From contig OZ024758.1 in NCBI GenBank assembly GCA_964016885.1, forward strand, positions 2,170,001-2,234,000: a stretch of DNA of 64,000 nucleotides. Reading direction: 5' to 3'. A program made the position numbers and the translations under genes. Shown here piece after piece: positions 63,378-64,000 of the stretch; position 1 is the stretch's first letter; each line of letters starts with the position of its first letter. This DNA is from Eledone cirrhosa. Lineage: Eukaryota. The notes beneath the pieces were generated by a model. That model made no database searches. It was not told the origin of the DNA and saw nothing but the letters and a program-made list of their open reading frames with translations.

Positions 63378-63622
63378 CATCATCATCTTATGTCTGCTTT
63401 TCCCTGCTTGCAAGGGTGGGACAGGTCCTATTCAGCACAGCATCTCTCCACTTGTCATGGTCTTTCGTCATCTTCTCCACGAGTTTCAGTGATCTGAGGT
63501 CTGCTCTCAACACCTCCACCCATGTCTTTCGTGGTCTACCTCTTCTGCGTCTTCCTTCTACTGGGATATCTTGGCATTTCTTTACCCAGCAGTCATTCCC
63601 CATGCACATCACATGTCCATAC
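63378..63622 (-). mobile_element. RTE-type LINE 3' end (probable SINE-B partner)
   Basis: WYGHVMCM..VEGRRRRGRPRKTWVEVL..DKWRDAV, then CCCACCCTTGCAAGCAGGGAAAAGCAGACATAAGATGATGATG. Confidence 0.85.
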
Positions 63623-64000
63623 CATATATATATACACATATAGATAGTTAGATAGAGAGAGAGCAAGTTTTGTTTTTGTAAAAGTGAGCAAGGTTTTGAA
63701 AATAAGGTAGTAACATGTGCTTATGCAGTAAATAAAGTTAGTCTGTTAATGGGGATTTTTAATAACCCTCTGAATGGAAAAAGGACGAGTGTTGACATGT
63801 ATGGGACATGAACCCACATCTTTGGTTTGCCGGACCACTGTGATACCATTACAACAATACACCACCTATCCTCCTCCTTCCATATATATATATATGGTGG
63901 CAAATTGACATAGTTGTTAGAATGTCAAATAGAATGCTTTATGGTATTTATTCCAGATCTCAGCTCTCCAAGTTCAAATCCTGCGAAGGTCAATTTTGCT

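Overview
This is AT-rich, repeat-saturated animal genomic DNA. The (AT)n/(CA)n/(CT)n load and the SINE families suggest a coleoid cephalopod such as Octopus; that is an inference from recalled repeat motifs, not a search. The only recognisable host gene is the 5' end of an LRRC43 orthologue on the minus strand. Its first coding exon is 2204-2109, with a probable next exon at 325-250, a probable 5'UTR exon ending at 4706, and an inverted pair of RFX/X-box-like sites at 4837-5090. The rest is mobile-element debris: at least three tRNA-derived SINE families, RTE-clade LINE 3' ends, a CRE-clade endonuclease fragment, a Gypsy gag-protease relic, a Penelope-like GIY-YIG fragment, a Helitron helicase relic, hAT/piggyBac/Tc1 MITEs and more than 15 minisatellites. 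Almost all ORFs in the supplied track are microsatellite or minisatellite artefacts. Four things stand out. (1) About ten hammerhead-ribozyme motifs from several families, including one with an expanded stem II inside a terminally redundant 430-bp unit (retrozyme or Penelope pLTR-like). (2) Repeated in-place tandem amplification of SINE segments, especially the Pol III A-box, into minisatellites. (3) A bipartite non-autonomous RTE derivative. (4) A three-level nested transposon whose empty-site paralogue lies in the same window. Coordinates were read by eye, so ends of degenerate elements are approximate.
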